Shown: piece by piece, positions 9,720 to 19,052 of the stretch | Position numbering within the stretch: the first letter of the stretch is position 1 | Layout: every line of letters begins with the position of its first letter | Origin: Nitrospirota bacterium | GTDB lineage: Bacteria > Nitrospirota > Nitrospiria > JACQBW01 | NCBI GenBank assembly: GCA_016194305.1 | Contig: JACQBW010000008.1 | Location: forward strand, 85,684-149,683 | Reading direction: 5' to 3' | Length of the DNA stretch: 64,000 nt | Translations under genes and position numbers: made by a program | Notes under the pieces: model-generated | The model's database searches: none | Told to the model about the DNA's origin: nothing | What the model saw: the letters and a program-made list of their open reading frames with translations, nothing else

Positions 9720-10601
9720 ATGCGGGTTACCAATCAGATTATTTACGACAACTTAATCGAGTATCTTCAGAGAAATAACGATGCACTTTTCCGGCCTCAG
9801 CAGGAGATTGCCACAGGGAAAAAGATAATTCTGCCATCGGATGATCCTCAGGGTAATTCTCAGGTGGTTAATCTTGATGCGATGGGAGGAAAACTCAATC
9901 AATATTTGACGAACCAGAATGTGGCACAGAGTTTTATGGAAGCAACGAATACCGTATTGGATGAAGCTTCTAAAATCCTGGCAGATATCAAGAATGTTGC
10001 ACTGAACGCCGCTTCAGGCTTAAGTTCTCAAAATCAACAATACGATTCAACACTCCTTGCCGCGGATTTACAATCTCTTCTTGATGTGGCCAACACCCAG
10101 TATCAAGGAGAGTATCTTTTTGCCGGATTTAAAAATGATACTTCTGCATATAATAATGCCGGGGTCTACCAAGGGGATGGAGGGCAGATAGGGGTGCAGA
10201 TTGCACCGGGAGCTACGATTCAAAGAAATCTTGCGGGACAGGATGTTTTTGGCACCTCGGCGGGAGGGGTCGATATTTTCGCTACAATCCAGGCGCTTCA
10301 AACGGCAATTACAGGGAATAATTTGGCTGGAGTTCAGGCGACGATATCTGCTCTTGATTCGGCGCGGAAGCAGATTCTAAATAGCCAGGGAATCTTAGCG
10401 ACCCGTGTGACAAATCTCCAAACGACCCGAGATTATGTCAAGAGACTTTCGGAGACAACCACAAACCTTCTATCCCAAACTCAAAGTGTCGATATGAACG
10501 CCGTCATTACGGAGCTTAATCAGCAGATGACCTCACTGCAGGCGGTTCAGGCGATGGCTTCAAAAGTCATGAATCTTAGCCTCGTCAATTTTCTGAAATA
10601 A
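9720..10601 (+). CDS. flgL: Flagellar hook-associated protein 3 FlgL
   Basis: Flagellin-like N and C termini; follows flgK. Confidence 0.8.
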   Translation: MRVTNQIIYDNLIEYLQRNNDALFRPQQEIATGKKIILPSDDPQGNSQVVNLDAMGGKLNQYLTNQNVAQSFMEATNTVLDEASKILADIKNVALNAASGLSSQNQQYDSTLLAADLQSLLDVANTQYQGEYLFAGFKNDTSAYNNAGVYQGDGGQIGVQIAPGATIQRNLAGQDVFGTSAGGVDIFATIQALQTAITGNNLAGVQATISALDSARKQILNSQGILATRVTNLQTTRDYVKRLSETTTNLLSQTQSVDMNAVITELNQQMTSLQAVQAMASKVMNLSLVNFLK

Positions 10602-10717
10602 AATAGGTTCTCCTTTTCTATCGTCATATTTCCTTCATGCTGTGACAACTTCATGACGCTTTAAAGCTCAATTCTCTTTTTCCCCCTCATTATTGATTAG
10701 GATTAACTTAAAAGTAC

Positions 10718-10735
10718 TTGGCAAGGTATTTGCAT
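10718..10735 (+). promoter_or_regulatory. Sigma-54 promoter upstream of the glycosyltransferase genes
   Basis: cTTGGCAAggtatTTGCAT with exact -24/-12 spacing, about 70 nt upstream of the 10805 start. Confidence 0.65.
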
Positions 10736-10804
10736 AACTACTATACGAGTTCAAGAAATAATGGAGTGTTGAATGCCAATACGAATAGAGGGTGAACCGT
10801 ACTT

Positions 10805-13408
10805 ATGAAAATTAAATCCAGAAACACACTTTCTTGCACGTGCGGAAGTGGTAAGAAATTTAAAAAATGTTGCGGAGCAATCCAAAAGAATGTGACAGAA
10901 ACCGGGACTGACTTAGAGATATCTGAAAAATTCAAAAATGCAATCGTCTATCATCAAGCAGGAGAATTGGATAAAGCGGAAGCGTTTTACAGGGAAATAC
11001 TGGAGGCAGATCCGCGACAACCGGATGTCCTTTTTAATCTCGGAGGCATTTGTGAAGGAAAGGGCGAACTGGGTAAAGCAAAGTCCTTTTATGAAAAAGT
11101 CCTTGAGAATAGACCTGACTACTATACCGTATATAACAATTTGGGGGCTGTTTATTACAAGGAAGAAAGTTATTTAGAAGCGCGGAGTTATTACGAAAAG
11201 GCCCTGTCGTTTAAACCTGATTTTGCCGAAGCTTGGAACAATCTCGGTATGGTATTTAAATCAGAGGGAAAGTTCAAGGAGGCCGAAGAATTCATTAAGA
11301 AGGCGATCTTTCTCAAGCCTGACTATGCCGATGCGTATAACAATTTGGGTGCAACCTATTTAGGACACGGAGATAGGAGCAAGAAGGAAACAGCGATAGC
11401 CTGTTTAGAAAAGGCAATAAAGATAAATCCCCGTCACGCCGGAGCGTACAATAATATTGGAAATATTTTAAGATTTGATGAAAGGCTCGAAGAGGCAGAA
11501 TCTTATTATTTAAAGGCAATCACAATTGACCCTAAGTTTCCCGATGCCTACTCCAATTTGGGAAATATTTACGAGCTTCAGGGAAGGGCTGAGGAGGCGG
11601 TTGAGAAATATAGAAAGACACTTGAACTGGCACCGAAACATGTCATTGCTCAGAGCAATCTTCTTCTTGCTCTAAACTATTCAGAAACTAGCGTTCCCAG
11701 TGCAGTCTACTCTGAACACCTTCTTTTCGAAAAGAATTTCGGGGAACAATTTAAGTCGGAAACGAAGCCTTATCTGAACGATCTTTCTCCGGATCGGAAA
11801 TTAAAAATCGGTTATATTTCTCCCGATTTCAGGACTCATTCGGTGGCGTACTTCATCGAGCCGGTCCTGGCCAATCACGACAGTCAGAAATTTGAGATTA
11901 TCGGTTATTCCAACAGTCAGGCATGGGATCAAATGACCAGGCAACTTCATTCTTATGTTGACAAATGGCGCAATATTTCGGGCATTCCGGTCCATATCGT
12001 AGACGAAATGATCAGAATGGATCAGATTGATATCTTAATTGACTTGAGCGGACATACGGCAGGAAACCGACTGCTTGTTTTTGCCCGGAAACCCGCCCCC
12101 GTTCAGGTAACATGGCTTGGCTATCCCAATACCACTGGTTTAAGGACGATGGATTATCGAATTACCGATCGTTTTGCAGATCCAGTCGGCGTGGCGGAAC
12201 AATTTCATACAGAACAACTCATCAGGCTCCCTAAATCATTTTCATGTTATCGACCGCCAGACGAAGGGCTAGAAGTGGAAGATACTCCGGCCATAGAAAA
12301 TGGATTTATTACATTTGGTTCATTTAATAATTTTTCCAAAGTTACACTGAGAGTTATTCAGTTGTGGGCTAAGGTTTTAAGATCTGTTCCTGATTCTCGC
12401 CTGATTTTGAAAACCGGTGGATTAAATGAAAAAAGTCTAAGAGACAGGGTCTACGATCAATTTGCATCTATGGGAGTCTCAGCCAATAGACTTGAGTTAT
12501 TGGGAAGAGACGCCTCACGGGAGGAACATTTTAGACAATATCGCCGTCTGGATATCGGATTGGATCCTTTTCCCTATAACGGGACGACGACAATTTGCGA
12601 GTCACTTTGGATGGGAGTGCCGGTGGTGACTCTTGAAGGACAAACGCATGCCGGCCGTGTGGGGGTGAGTCTTATGAATACCCTGGAGCTGACCGAATTA
12701 ATCGCCCGATCGGAAAACGAATATGTGGATATTTGTGTGCGTCTTGCAAATGACCTGGTGCAATTAAGTCAGTTACGGGCGGGGATGCGCTCGAGGATGA
12801 AGGCTTCTCCTTTAATGAATGAGAAGGAGTTTACTCAATACCTGGAAGACGCATACAGAAATATCTGGAAAGATTATGTGCGAAGACAGGGCCTGATGTC
12901 TGAGCGTTCTGAAATGAAAAATGTGGCTGATCCTGAAGTCAATGTCAGGATAGACGAGGCTCAAAATCTCCTGAAAGAAGGACGTTTAGACCAGGCAGAA
13001 ATTCTTTATCGGGAAATCTTGACGAACCACTCAAAGAATCCAACCGTGCTCCATGACCTGGGAATTGTTGCGTTCCATAAAGGACAATTGGCCCGGGCCG
13101 CGGATTTCTTTATCAAAGCATTGGCATTTAAGCCCGATTATGCCACCGCTTATAATAATCTTGGTGCGGTCTGTGATGAAATGGGGCGCCAGGAAGATGC
13201 CAAGGCGTGTTATGAGATGTCGCTGGTCTTGGTGCCGAATTATGCCGAAGCCCACCACAATCTGGGAGTACTGTACAAGAAACAGGGAATCATCAATATG
13301 GCGATGGACTTTTTCCAGAAGGCTCTGGATTTAAATCCCGAATATCTTGAAGCACGCAAGAATATAGAAGAGTTAAAGAGGATGACATCGGAGCCCTCAT
13401 CCGTTTGA
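10805..13408 (+). CDS. TPR-repeat protein with an N-terminal SEC-C metal-binding motif and an O-GlcNAc-transferase-like (GT41-type) C-terminal domain; candidate flagellin O-glycosyltransferase
   Basis: CTCGSGKKFKKCCG matches the SEC-C motif. There are at least 8 TPR units, and the C-terminal half resembles a GT41 catalytic region (GYISPDFRTHSVAYF..., GSFNNFSKVT...). Confidence 0.7.
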   Translation: MKIKSRNTLSCTCGSGKKFKKCCGAIQKNVTETGTDLEISEKFKNAIVYHQAGELDKAEAFYREILEADPRQPDVLFNLGGICEGKGELGKAKSFYEKVLENRPDYYTVYNNLGAVYYKEESYLEARSYYEKALSFKPDFAEAWNNLGMVFKSEGKFKEAEEFIKKAIFLKPDYADAYNNLGATYLGHGDRSKKETAIACLEKAIKINPRHAGAYNNIGNILRFDERLEEAESYYLKAITIDPKFPDAYSNLGNIYELQGRAEEAVEKYRKTLELAPKHVIAQSNLLLALNYSETSVPSAVYSEHLLFEKNFGEQFKSETKPYLNDLSPDRKLKIGYISPDFRTHSVAYFIEPVLANHDSQKFEIIGYSNSQAWDQMTRQLHSYVDKWRNISGIPVHIVDEMIRMDQIDILIDLSGHTAGNRLLVFARKPAPVQVTWLGYPNTTGLRTMDYRITDRFADPVGVAEQFHTEQLIRLPKSFSCYRPPDEGLEVEDTPAIENGFITFGSFNNFSKVTLRVIQLWAKVLRSVPDSRLILKTGGLNEKSLRDRVYDQFASMGVSANRLELLGRDASREEHFRQYRRLDIGLDPFPYNGTTTICESLWMGVPVVTLEGQTHAGRVGVSLMNTLELTELIARSENEYVDICVRLANDLVQLSQLRAGMRSRMKASPLMNEKEFTQYLEDAYRNIWKDYVRRQGLMSERSEMKNVADPEVNVRIDEAQNLLKEGRLDQAEILYREILTNHSKNPTVLHDLGIVAFHKGQLARAADFFIKALAFKPDYATAYNNLGAVCDEMGRQEDAKACYEMSLVLVPNYAEAHHNLGVLYKKQGIINMAMDFFQKALDLNPEYLEARKNIEELKRMTSEPSSV

Positions 13409-13426
13409 AATAATAAGGAGTTTAGG

Positions 13427-16400
13427 ATGGAAAGATGGCAATTAAGGACCCCAGTCGCTTTTATGATATTCAATCGACCTGATACGACCCAATTCGTGTT
13501 CGAGGAGATTCGTAAATCAAAACCACCCAAGCTGTTAGTCATTGCTGACGGTCCACGTCCCGGGAAACCAGACGAAGCAGAGAAATGTCGTGCGGCAAGA
13601 GCAATTATTCAGCGCATCGACTGGAAATGCGAAGTATTAACAAACTACTCTGATATCAATTTAGGTTGCAAGAGACGCGTCTCAACCGGTTTGGATTGGG
13701 TTTTTGAATTGGTAGAGGAGGCGATAGTACTGGAAGATGATTGTCTCCCTGAACCCAGCTTCTTTCGATTTTGTGAAGATCTGCTCAAAAAATATCGTCA
13801 TGATGAACGGATTGCCCAAATCAGCGGGGATAATTTTCAATTTGGAGAGAACGGGACCGAATACAGTTATTATTTCTCGAGAATTAATCATTTGTGGGGA
13901 TGGGCCTCTTGGCGAAGAGCCTGGAAAAAGCATGATGTATCGATGTCGAAATGGCCTGAAGTAAAGAGCAAGACAGGTTTAATTGACTGGCTTGGAAATC
14001 GGGAACTGGCCAATTTCTGGGAAGGGGCATTTGATAGCGCTTTCCTGGGAAAGATCGATACCTGGGATTTTCAATGGGTTTTCTCTTCCTGGTTGCATAA
14101 CATGTTAACGATTCTCCCCAATCAGAATTTAATTTCAAATATCGGTTTCAGGGAGGACGCCACCCACACCAAAGGTCAGAGCCTGTTTGCGAACATGAAG
14201 ACAGCTCCAGTTCTTTTTCCTCTCAAGCACCCTCCGGAGATTATTCGAAATGTTGCAGCGGATTCTTTTACCGAAAGGATGATGTTTCTCCCGAAAGCAC
14301 CGGTTCAAATGGAGTCGAATCCAAAATCGGATTCTCCTGTGGTCTGTAAAGTCTGTTCATCTAGATCAAGATTCCTAAAAAATGCATCCATGTTAAAGGT
14401 TCACTTGGTAGATTATTTTAAATGTGAAAACTGCGGATTTATTCAGACAGAAGAGCCATTTTGGTTAAATGAGGCTTATTCCAGTGCAATTACGAGCAGT
14501 GATACGGGTCTGGTGAGAAGAAATATTGAGCTTTCGAAAATGTCGAAATTGATTTTATCTAATTGTTTTGAGAAAAACGCCCAATTTGTCGATTATGGCG
14601 GAGGATACGGTCTTTTTGTCCGTTTGATGAGGGACTATGGTTTTGATTTCTACTGGATTGACCAACATTGTCCAAATCTTTTTGCCAAGAACTTTGAAGC
14701 AGATTGCCAAAACGGGAAGCGGTACGAGGTATTGACGGCATTTGAAGTTTTTGAACATCTGGTTAATCCCATGGATGAGATAGAAAAAATGCTGAAACTT
14801 TCAAATACCATTTTCTTTAGCACAGAACTGATTCCCTCTCATCATCCGAAACCGGGAGAATGGTGGTATTTTGGGCTTGAGCATGGCCAGCATATCTCTT
14901 TCTATACTCTGAGAACTTTGGATGCGATTGCCAGAAAATTTAATCTGAACCTCTATTCTAATGGGACTTCGCTACACATCTTAACGGACAAAAATCTTAA
15001 AGGTCCCTTGGAGTTTTCCGAGGGGATCTGGAAATCATTGCAAAGTCATGATATTGAGTGGTATGGACCTCACCGGATGGACAAGATTGTATTGGGCGTA
15101 TCCGGAGGAAACGAAACTCTCCAAAGTGTTCAAGCCATAATTCATTCCGCACGAACCTTTCTTCAGAATGGACACCTCGATGAGGCAGAAAAAATCTACA
15201 GAGACATTCTGAATGTGCATTCTCAAAACAGCGAAGTTTTGCATGATCTTGGAATTATTGCATTTCAAAAAGGCAAACTTGTTTCGGCATCCGATTACTT
15301 TCTTAAGGCCTTAAATATAAAACCCGATTTTGCAATAGCCCATAATAATCTGGGGGTTGTCTTGAATGAAATGGGGAAGAAGGAAGAGGCTAAAATCTGT
15401 TATGAAGTGGCTATTTCTTTAAAACCGGATTACGCAGAAGCTTATTTTAACCGAGGCATGATTTCCAGAGATCAGGGCCGTCATGACGAAGCGATGATCT
15501 CATTTCAAAAGGCAGTCGGGTTTAAGTCGGACTATGTTGAAGCACTCAAAGAACTGGAAGAATTAAAAAAGAAAGTTCAAAGTCCGAGATTGCTAAAACC
15601 AGTGCCGGCGATAAGTCCGGGCATGGATCCGGGTTTGAAAAAAAGAATGGCTTTTGTGGATTTGGCCTTTCATCAAAGAACAAAAAGCACGCTGGAATTG
15701 ATTGAGGTTTTCCAACGCCATTTCCAGGTCGACATATACTGGGACAGCGGAAATCTTGATTTTCAGCAGATTGCCAGACAAAGCTATGATACGGTCGTTT
15801 TTTTTCAAAAGATCTATGGGATGAGGAAATTAGATTCGCTTAACGCTAAAAATATTATTTTTATCCCGATGTATGATGATGTGATGGGAATCACAGATGC
15901 ATACTGGAGGCAGTTTGGTCATGTTCAGTTCCTTAGTTTCTCAAGAACGCTTCATGAGAAACTTCTTCACCTGGGGTTAAGATCTCGGCATATTCAATAT
16001 CATGTTCCATCCCCAAAGCTTCCAAGTCCAGAGCCGTCCTGTAAGGGCCTCTCCGGGTTTTTCTGGCAAAGGACCAACTATATCCGGTGGAGTACGATCA
16101 AGATCCTGATTCAGAATGTTTCGATTGAAAAATTTCACCTCCACTCCGCGGTCGATCCCCCGAACCATGTTTTTGAAAAACCTTCAGATGAAGATATCAA
16201 AAAATACAGCATCACCATCAGTGATTGGTTTCCCGGAAAGGAGGAGTATTTGACTCTCGTTGCCTCCGCCAAACTTTTCTTTGCCCCAAGGCCCTTCGAG
16301 GGAATAGGGATGTCTTTCCTGGAGGCTATGGCCATGGGAAAATGTGTGATTGCCCCGGATCTACCCACGATGAATGAATACATTCAGGATGGCGAAAATG

Positions 16401-16549
16401 GTCTTTTGTATGACCCGAAAAATCCCGTTCCCCTTGATTTTAGGCAGGCTGATAATATAGGAATGAAGGCGAGAGTTTCGGCTGAAGAAGGGTATCGTAC
16501 CTGGAAAGAGGCCGAAAAAGGTTTAATTCAATTTATAACGGATCCGTAA
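13427..16549 (+). CDS. 1040-aa multidomain protein: GnT-I-like GT-A domain, zinc-ribbon plus class-I SAM C-methyltransferase, TPR repeats, and a GT-B (GT4-like) domain; candidate flagellin glycan assembly enzyme
   Basis: GT-A DxD-like motif LEDDCLP and WGWASWRRAW; zinc ribbon CKVCSS...CENCGF followed by VDYGGGYGLF (SAM binding); TPR block; C-terminal GT4 motif EGIGMSFLEAMAMGKCVIAPD...ENGLLYD. Confidence 0.7.
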   Translation: MERWQLRTPVAFMIFNRPDTTQFVFEEIRKSKPPKLLVIADGPRPGKPDEAEKCRAARAIIQRIDWKCEVLTNYSDINLGCKRRVSTGLDWVFELVEEAIVLEDDCLPEPSFFRFCEDLLKKYRHDERIAQISGDNFQFGENGTEYSYYFSRINHLWGWASWRRAWKKHDVSMSKWPEVKSKTGLIDWLGNRELANFWEGAFDSAFLGKIDTWDFQWVFSSWLHNMLTILPNQNLISNIGFREDATHTKGQSLFANMKTAPVLFPLKHPPEIIRNVAADSFTERMMFLPKAPVQMESNPKSDSPVVCKVCSSRSRFLKNASMLKVHLVDYFKCENCGFIQTEEPFWLNEAYSSAITSSDTGLVRRNIELSKMSKLILSNCFEKNAQFVDYGGGYGLFVRLMRDYGFDFYWIDQHCPNLFAKNFEADCQNGKRYEVLTAFEVFEHLVNPMDEIEKMLKLSNTIFFSTELIPSHHPKPGEWWYFGLEHGQHISFYTLRTLDAIARKFNLNLYSNGTSLHILTDKNLKGPLEFSEGIWKSLQSHDIEWYGPHRMDKIVLGVSGGNETLQSVQAIIHSARTFLQNGHLDEAEKIYRDILNVHSQNSEVLHDLGIIAFQKGKLVSASDYFLKALNIKPDFAIAHNNLGVVLNEMGKKEEAKICYEVAISLKPDYAEAYFNRGMISRDQGRHDEAMISFQKAVGFKSDYVEALKELEELKKKVQSPRLLKPVPAISPGMDPGLKKRMAFVDLAFHQRTKSTLELIEVFQRHFQVDIYWDSGNLDFQQIARQSYDTVVFFQKIYGMRKLDSLNAKNIIFIPMYDDVMGITDAYWRQFGHVQFLSFSRTLHEKLLHLGLRSRHIQYHVPSPKLPSPEPSCKGLSGFFWQRTNYIRWSTIKILIQNVSIEKFHLHSAVDPPNHVFEKPSDEDIKKYSITISDWFPGKEEYLTLVASAKLFFAPRPFEGIGMSFLEAMAMGKCVIAPDLPTMNEYIQDGENGLLYDPKNPVPLDFRQADNIGMKARVSAEEGYRTWKEAEKGLIQFITDP

Positions 16550-16618
16550 AAGAAGATTAAGAAAGAAAGTAGATCATAACTTATTGAAATTATTATGTTT
16601 AGTATTTTAAAATTCGGC

Positions 16619-16646
16619 TAAAGTTTCTCAGGGGTTTCTCCGATAA
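16619..16646 (+). promoter_or_regulatory. Sigma-28 promoter upstream of flagellin
   Basis: TAAAgttt, then tCCGATAA after a 16-nt gap; the spacer length matches the flgM promoter. Confidence 0.65.
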
Positions 16647-16792
16647 GTATTGTTGAGGCAGAAGATCAAGATCGGAAATGAGGTGAAAGCTAGAAAAAGA
16701 GATAGATCGAATGCCTTGTTTTTGAACAAAAATACTTAATGAACCCAAATTGGCGAGAATTGCCAATTCAATCCTAGAAAAGGAGAAACACC

Positions 16793-17740
16793 ATGGCAGA
16801 TATTTCATTAACCGCTGGTATGCGGGCGTCGGTTCTTTCGTTAGAGACAACGTCTTCGTTATTTGATACGACCCAATTACGGTTATCTACCGGACGAGCA
16901 GTCAACTCGGCATTGGACGATCCGATCAAATATTTTTCGGCTCAGAATAATAATTTTACGGCAAGTGGTTTAAACAATCTTAAATCAAGCATGAACGAAG
17001 CGTTACAGGTGGTGTCGGCTGCCAACAATGGTATCACCGCTGTGACCTCCTTAATCAAAAACGCAATCGCCATTGCTCAACAGGCTCAAGCGGCGTCTGC
17101 GACGGATTATACAACTCAGGCCACGCTCCTGACCCAATATATCGGGATTTTGAGCCAGATCAACTTCGCCGGTGCGGATTCGAAATACGGCGGGAAAGAT
17201 TTGATCAATAATGGAACGGCATATAGTTCCTCTACCGCGACAGCTTCAGACAGTGTGACGGTGACTTTCAGCACAACCAACACCAACTCCGCCATTACCA
17301 TTTCAGGTGTCGATTCCACGATTGTAGGTCTTGGCCTATCAGTTGGAGGTTTTACGCTTGCAACGGGGAATGAAACGACCGGAACGGGTGCGGTGACCAC
17401 AGGGGCAACCCTATCCTGGACCACAACCGCCAGCTCAAACAATAGCTGGGCGACTGCGGCGAATATATCGACAGATATTACGAAATTGAACAGCGCGTTA
17501 ACCACCCTTCAGACAACCGCAAAGACCCTATCGACCAGCAACGCGGTGATTCAGGCCAGAATCGATTTTACCGCCAATATGGTCAGTACCTTACAGCAAG
17601 GGTCTGATAAGCTGACACTGGCGGATATGAATCAGGAAGGAGCCAACATGTTGTCCCTGCAGACACAGCAGGCATTGGCTACAAACTCGATGAGATTGGC
17701 CTCTCAAGCCTCCCAGAGCGTCTTGAGATTATTCTCATAA
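16793..17740 (+). CDS. fliC: Flagellin (alpha-proteobacterial-type, with a Ser/Thr-rich central region)
   Basis: RLSTGRAVNSALDDP in the N-terminal D0/D1 segment and a conserved C-terminal LSLQTQQALATNSMRLASQASQSVL. The central region is S/T-rich. Confidence 0.85.
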   Translation: MADISLTAGMRASVLSLETTSSLFDTTQLRLSTGRAVNSALDDPIKYFSAQNNNFTASGLNNLKSSMNEALQVVSAANNGITAVTSLIKNAIAIAQQAQAASATDYTTQATLLTQYIGILSQINFAGADSKYGGKDLINNGTAYSSSTATASDSVTVTFSTTNTNSAITISGVDSTIVGLGLSVGGFTLATGNETTGTGAVTTGATLSWTTTASSNNSWATAANISTDITKLNSALTTLQTTAKTLSTSNAVIQARIDFTANMVSTLQQGSDKLTLADMNQEGANMLSLQTQQALATNSMRLASQASQSVLRLFS

Positions 17741-17752
17741 AACTAACTCTTG

Positions 17753-17791
17753 AATCAGGCGGGGGATTTTGTCCTCCGCCTGATTTATTTG
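17753..17791 (+). terminator. Rho-independent terminator after flagellin
   Basis: AATCAGGCGGGGGA ttttg TCCTCCGCCTGATT followed by TATTT. Confidence 0.7.
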
Positions 17792-17801
17792 GAGTTCTAA
17801 G

Positions 17802-18182
17802 ATGACATCGATTAAAAATATCGAACTCGGAATTCTGAACATCAATCCATTGGGAAAGGTTATTATCCCCAATCCTGTTCAAGCCAGGGATCAGAAAGCC
17901 GGTGAAAATCTGAGCGATAATAAAATTTTTGCTCCTGATATGATTAACGATACGGTTGACCTCGTTTCAAAAAGCCGACTGATCTTCCCCATTAAAGATA
18001 CGACGGGCGCAATACTTGAAAAGATGAAGGCTCAACTTGAGGCTGGAATAAGAGGAACAGAACCATTGGATCCTGCCGCCGCAAACGCCAAAAGTTTTCA
18101 GATCGGGACGGAACTGACACGCCAGCCTGATAAGAATCTGGTACAGACCCGTTTTGATTTTCTACGTTTCCTGATTGGATAG
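17802..18182 (+). CDS. Hypothetical protein co-transcribed with flbT and flaF
   Basis: 126-aa ORF directly abutting flbT; no family recognised. Confidence 0.4.
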   Translation: MTSIKNIELGILNINPLGKVIIPNPVQARDQKAGENLSDNKIFAPDMINDTVDLVSKSRLIFPIKDTTGAILEKMKAQLEAGIRGTEPLDPAAANAKSFQIGTELTRQPDKNLVQTRFDFLRFLIG

Positions 18183-18575
18183 ATGCCACTTAAGGTTACC
18201 TTAAAGCCGAAGGAACGTCTTTTCATCAATGGCGCGGTTATTTTCAATAATGAAGCGAACCGGATTAGCCTGATTGTCGTTAACGACATACCGATTTTAA
18301 GAGAAAAAGATATTTTAACCGAAGAGAGTGCGAATTCCCCCTGCAAACGGATCTATCTTTCCGTTCAGTTGATGTATATGGATAAGGAACGGCTGGCCGA
18401 ATATCAGAAGAAATATTGGAGGCTGGTCGGGGAGGTCATCAAGGCGGCACCAAGCACCACAAAAATGATTCATAAAATTAGCGAGCAGATTTTAATAGGG
18501 CAATTTTATAAAGCTTTAAAACTTTCTCATAAATTAGTTCATTACGAAATGGAGTTAATCAATGCCGGTAAATAA
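18183..18575 (+). CDS. flbT: Flagellin synthesis regulator FlbT
   Basis: N-terminal MPLKVTLKPKERLFINGAVIFNN...NDIPILREKDIL resembles Caulobacter FlbT. Confidence 0.7.
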   Translation: MPLKVTLKPKERLFINGAVIFNNEANRISLIVVNDIPILREKDILTEESANSPCKRIYLSVQLMYMDKERLAEYQKKYWRLVGEVIKAAPSTTKMIHKISEQILIGQFYKALKLSHKLVHYEMELINAGK

Positions 18576-18948
18576 TCCCTTCAGTGCCTATCAAGAGGTG
18601 GCGAAAAAGACCCTAGATGGTCCCGCTCTTGAAGCCTATGTATTGAATAGAGCCGCTCAGCTCCTGATTGAGTGTAAAAATCAGTGGAATGAGTCCGGAC
18701 ATCAAGAACGGCTTGATAAGGCGCTCGGATATAACCAGAAGTTATGGACCTTTTTTCAGGTGGAGCTCGCCAATCCGGAACATTCTCTTCCGAAAAAGAT
18801 ACGTGAAGATATCTTAAGCCTCTCCATTTTTATTGATAAAAGAATTTATGAAGTCATAACAGAACCGGATCCTGGCAAACTGGAGGTGATGATCAATATT
18901 AACCGAAATATTGCCAACGGCCTTCAGGGGAACGCGATCGGGTCCTGA
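18562..18948 (+). CDS. flaF: Flagellin synthesis regulator FlaF
   Basis: About 128 aa; pattern like FlaF (…KLWTFFQVELANPEHSLPKKIREDILSLSIFIDKRI); overlaps flbT. Confidence 0.65.
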   Translation: MPVNNPFSAYQEVAKKTLDGPALEAYVLNRAAQLLIECKNQWNESGHQERLDKALGYNQKLWTFFQVELANPEHSLPKKIREDILSLSIFIDKRIYEVITEPDPGKLEVMININRNIANGLQGNAIGS

Positions 18949-18973
18949 ATTTAATCGATCGAGTTCCACGGCT

Positions 18974-19023
18974 AGCTCTTCTATCGGAGTAATCATTATC
19001 TCCATAGTCAAGAGCTTTTTTTA
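18974..19023 (+). terminator. Rho-independent terminator after flaF
   Basis: Imperfect hairpin AGCTCTTCTATCGGAG...CTCCATAGTCAAGAGCT followed by TTTTTTT. Confidence 0.6.
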
Positions 19024-19052
19024 TGCTAAAATTAAAGATAGAAATCCTGTTG

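Noticed and set aside
17116-17505. 129-aa antisense ORF inside the flagellin gene
   Set aside because: Lies entirely within a well-supported flagellin coding region on the opposite strand. It is a translation of the Ser/Thr-rich repeat region with no ribosome-binding site or homology, so it is spurious.
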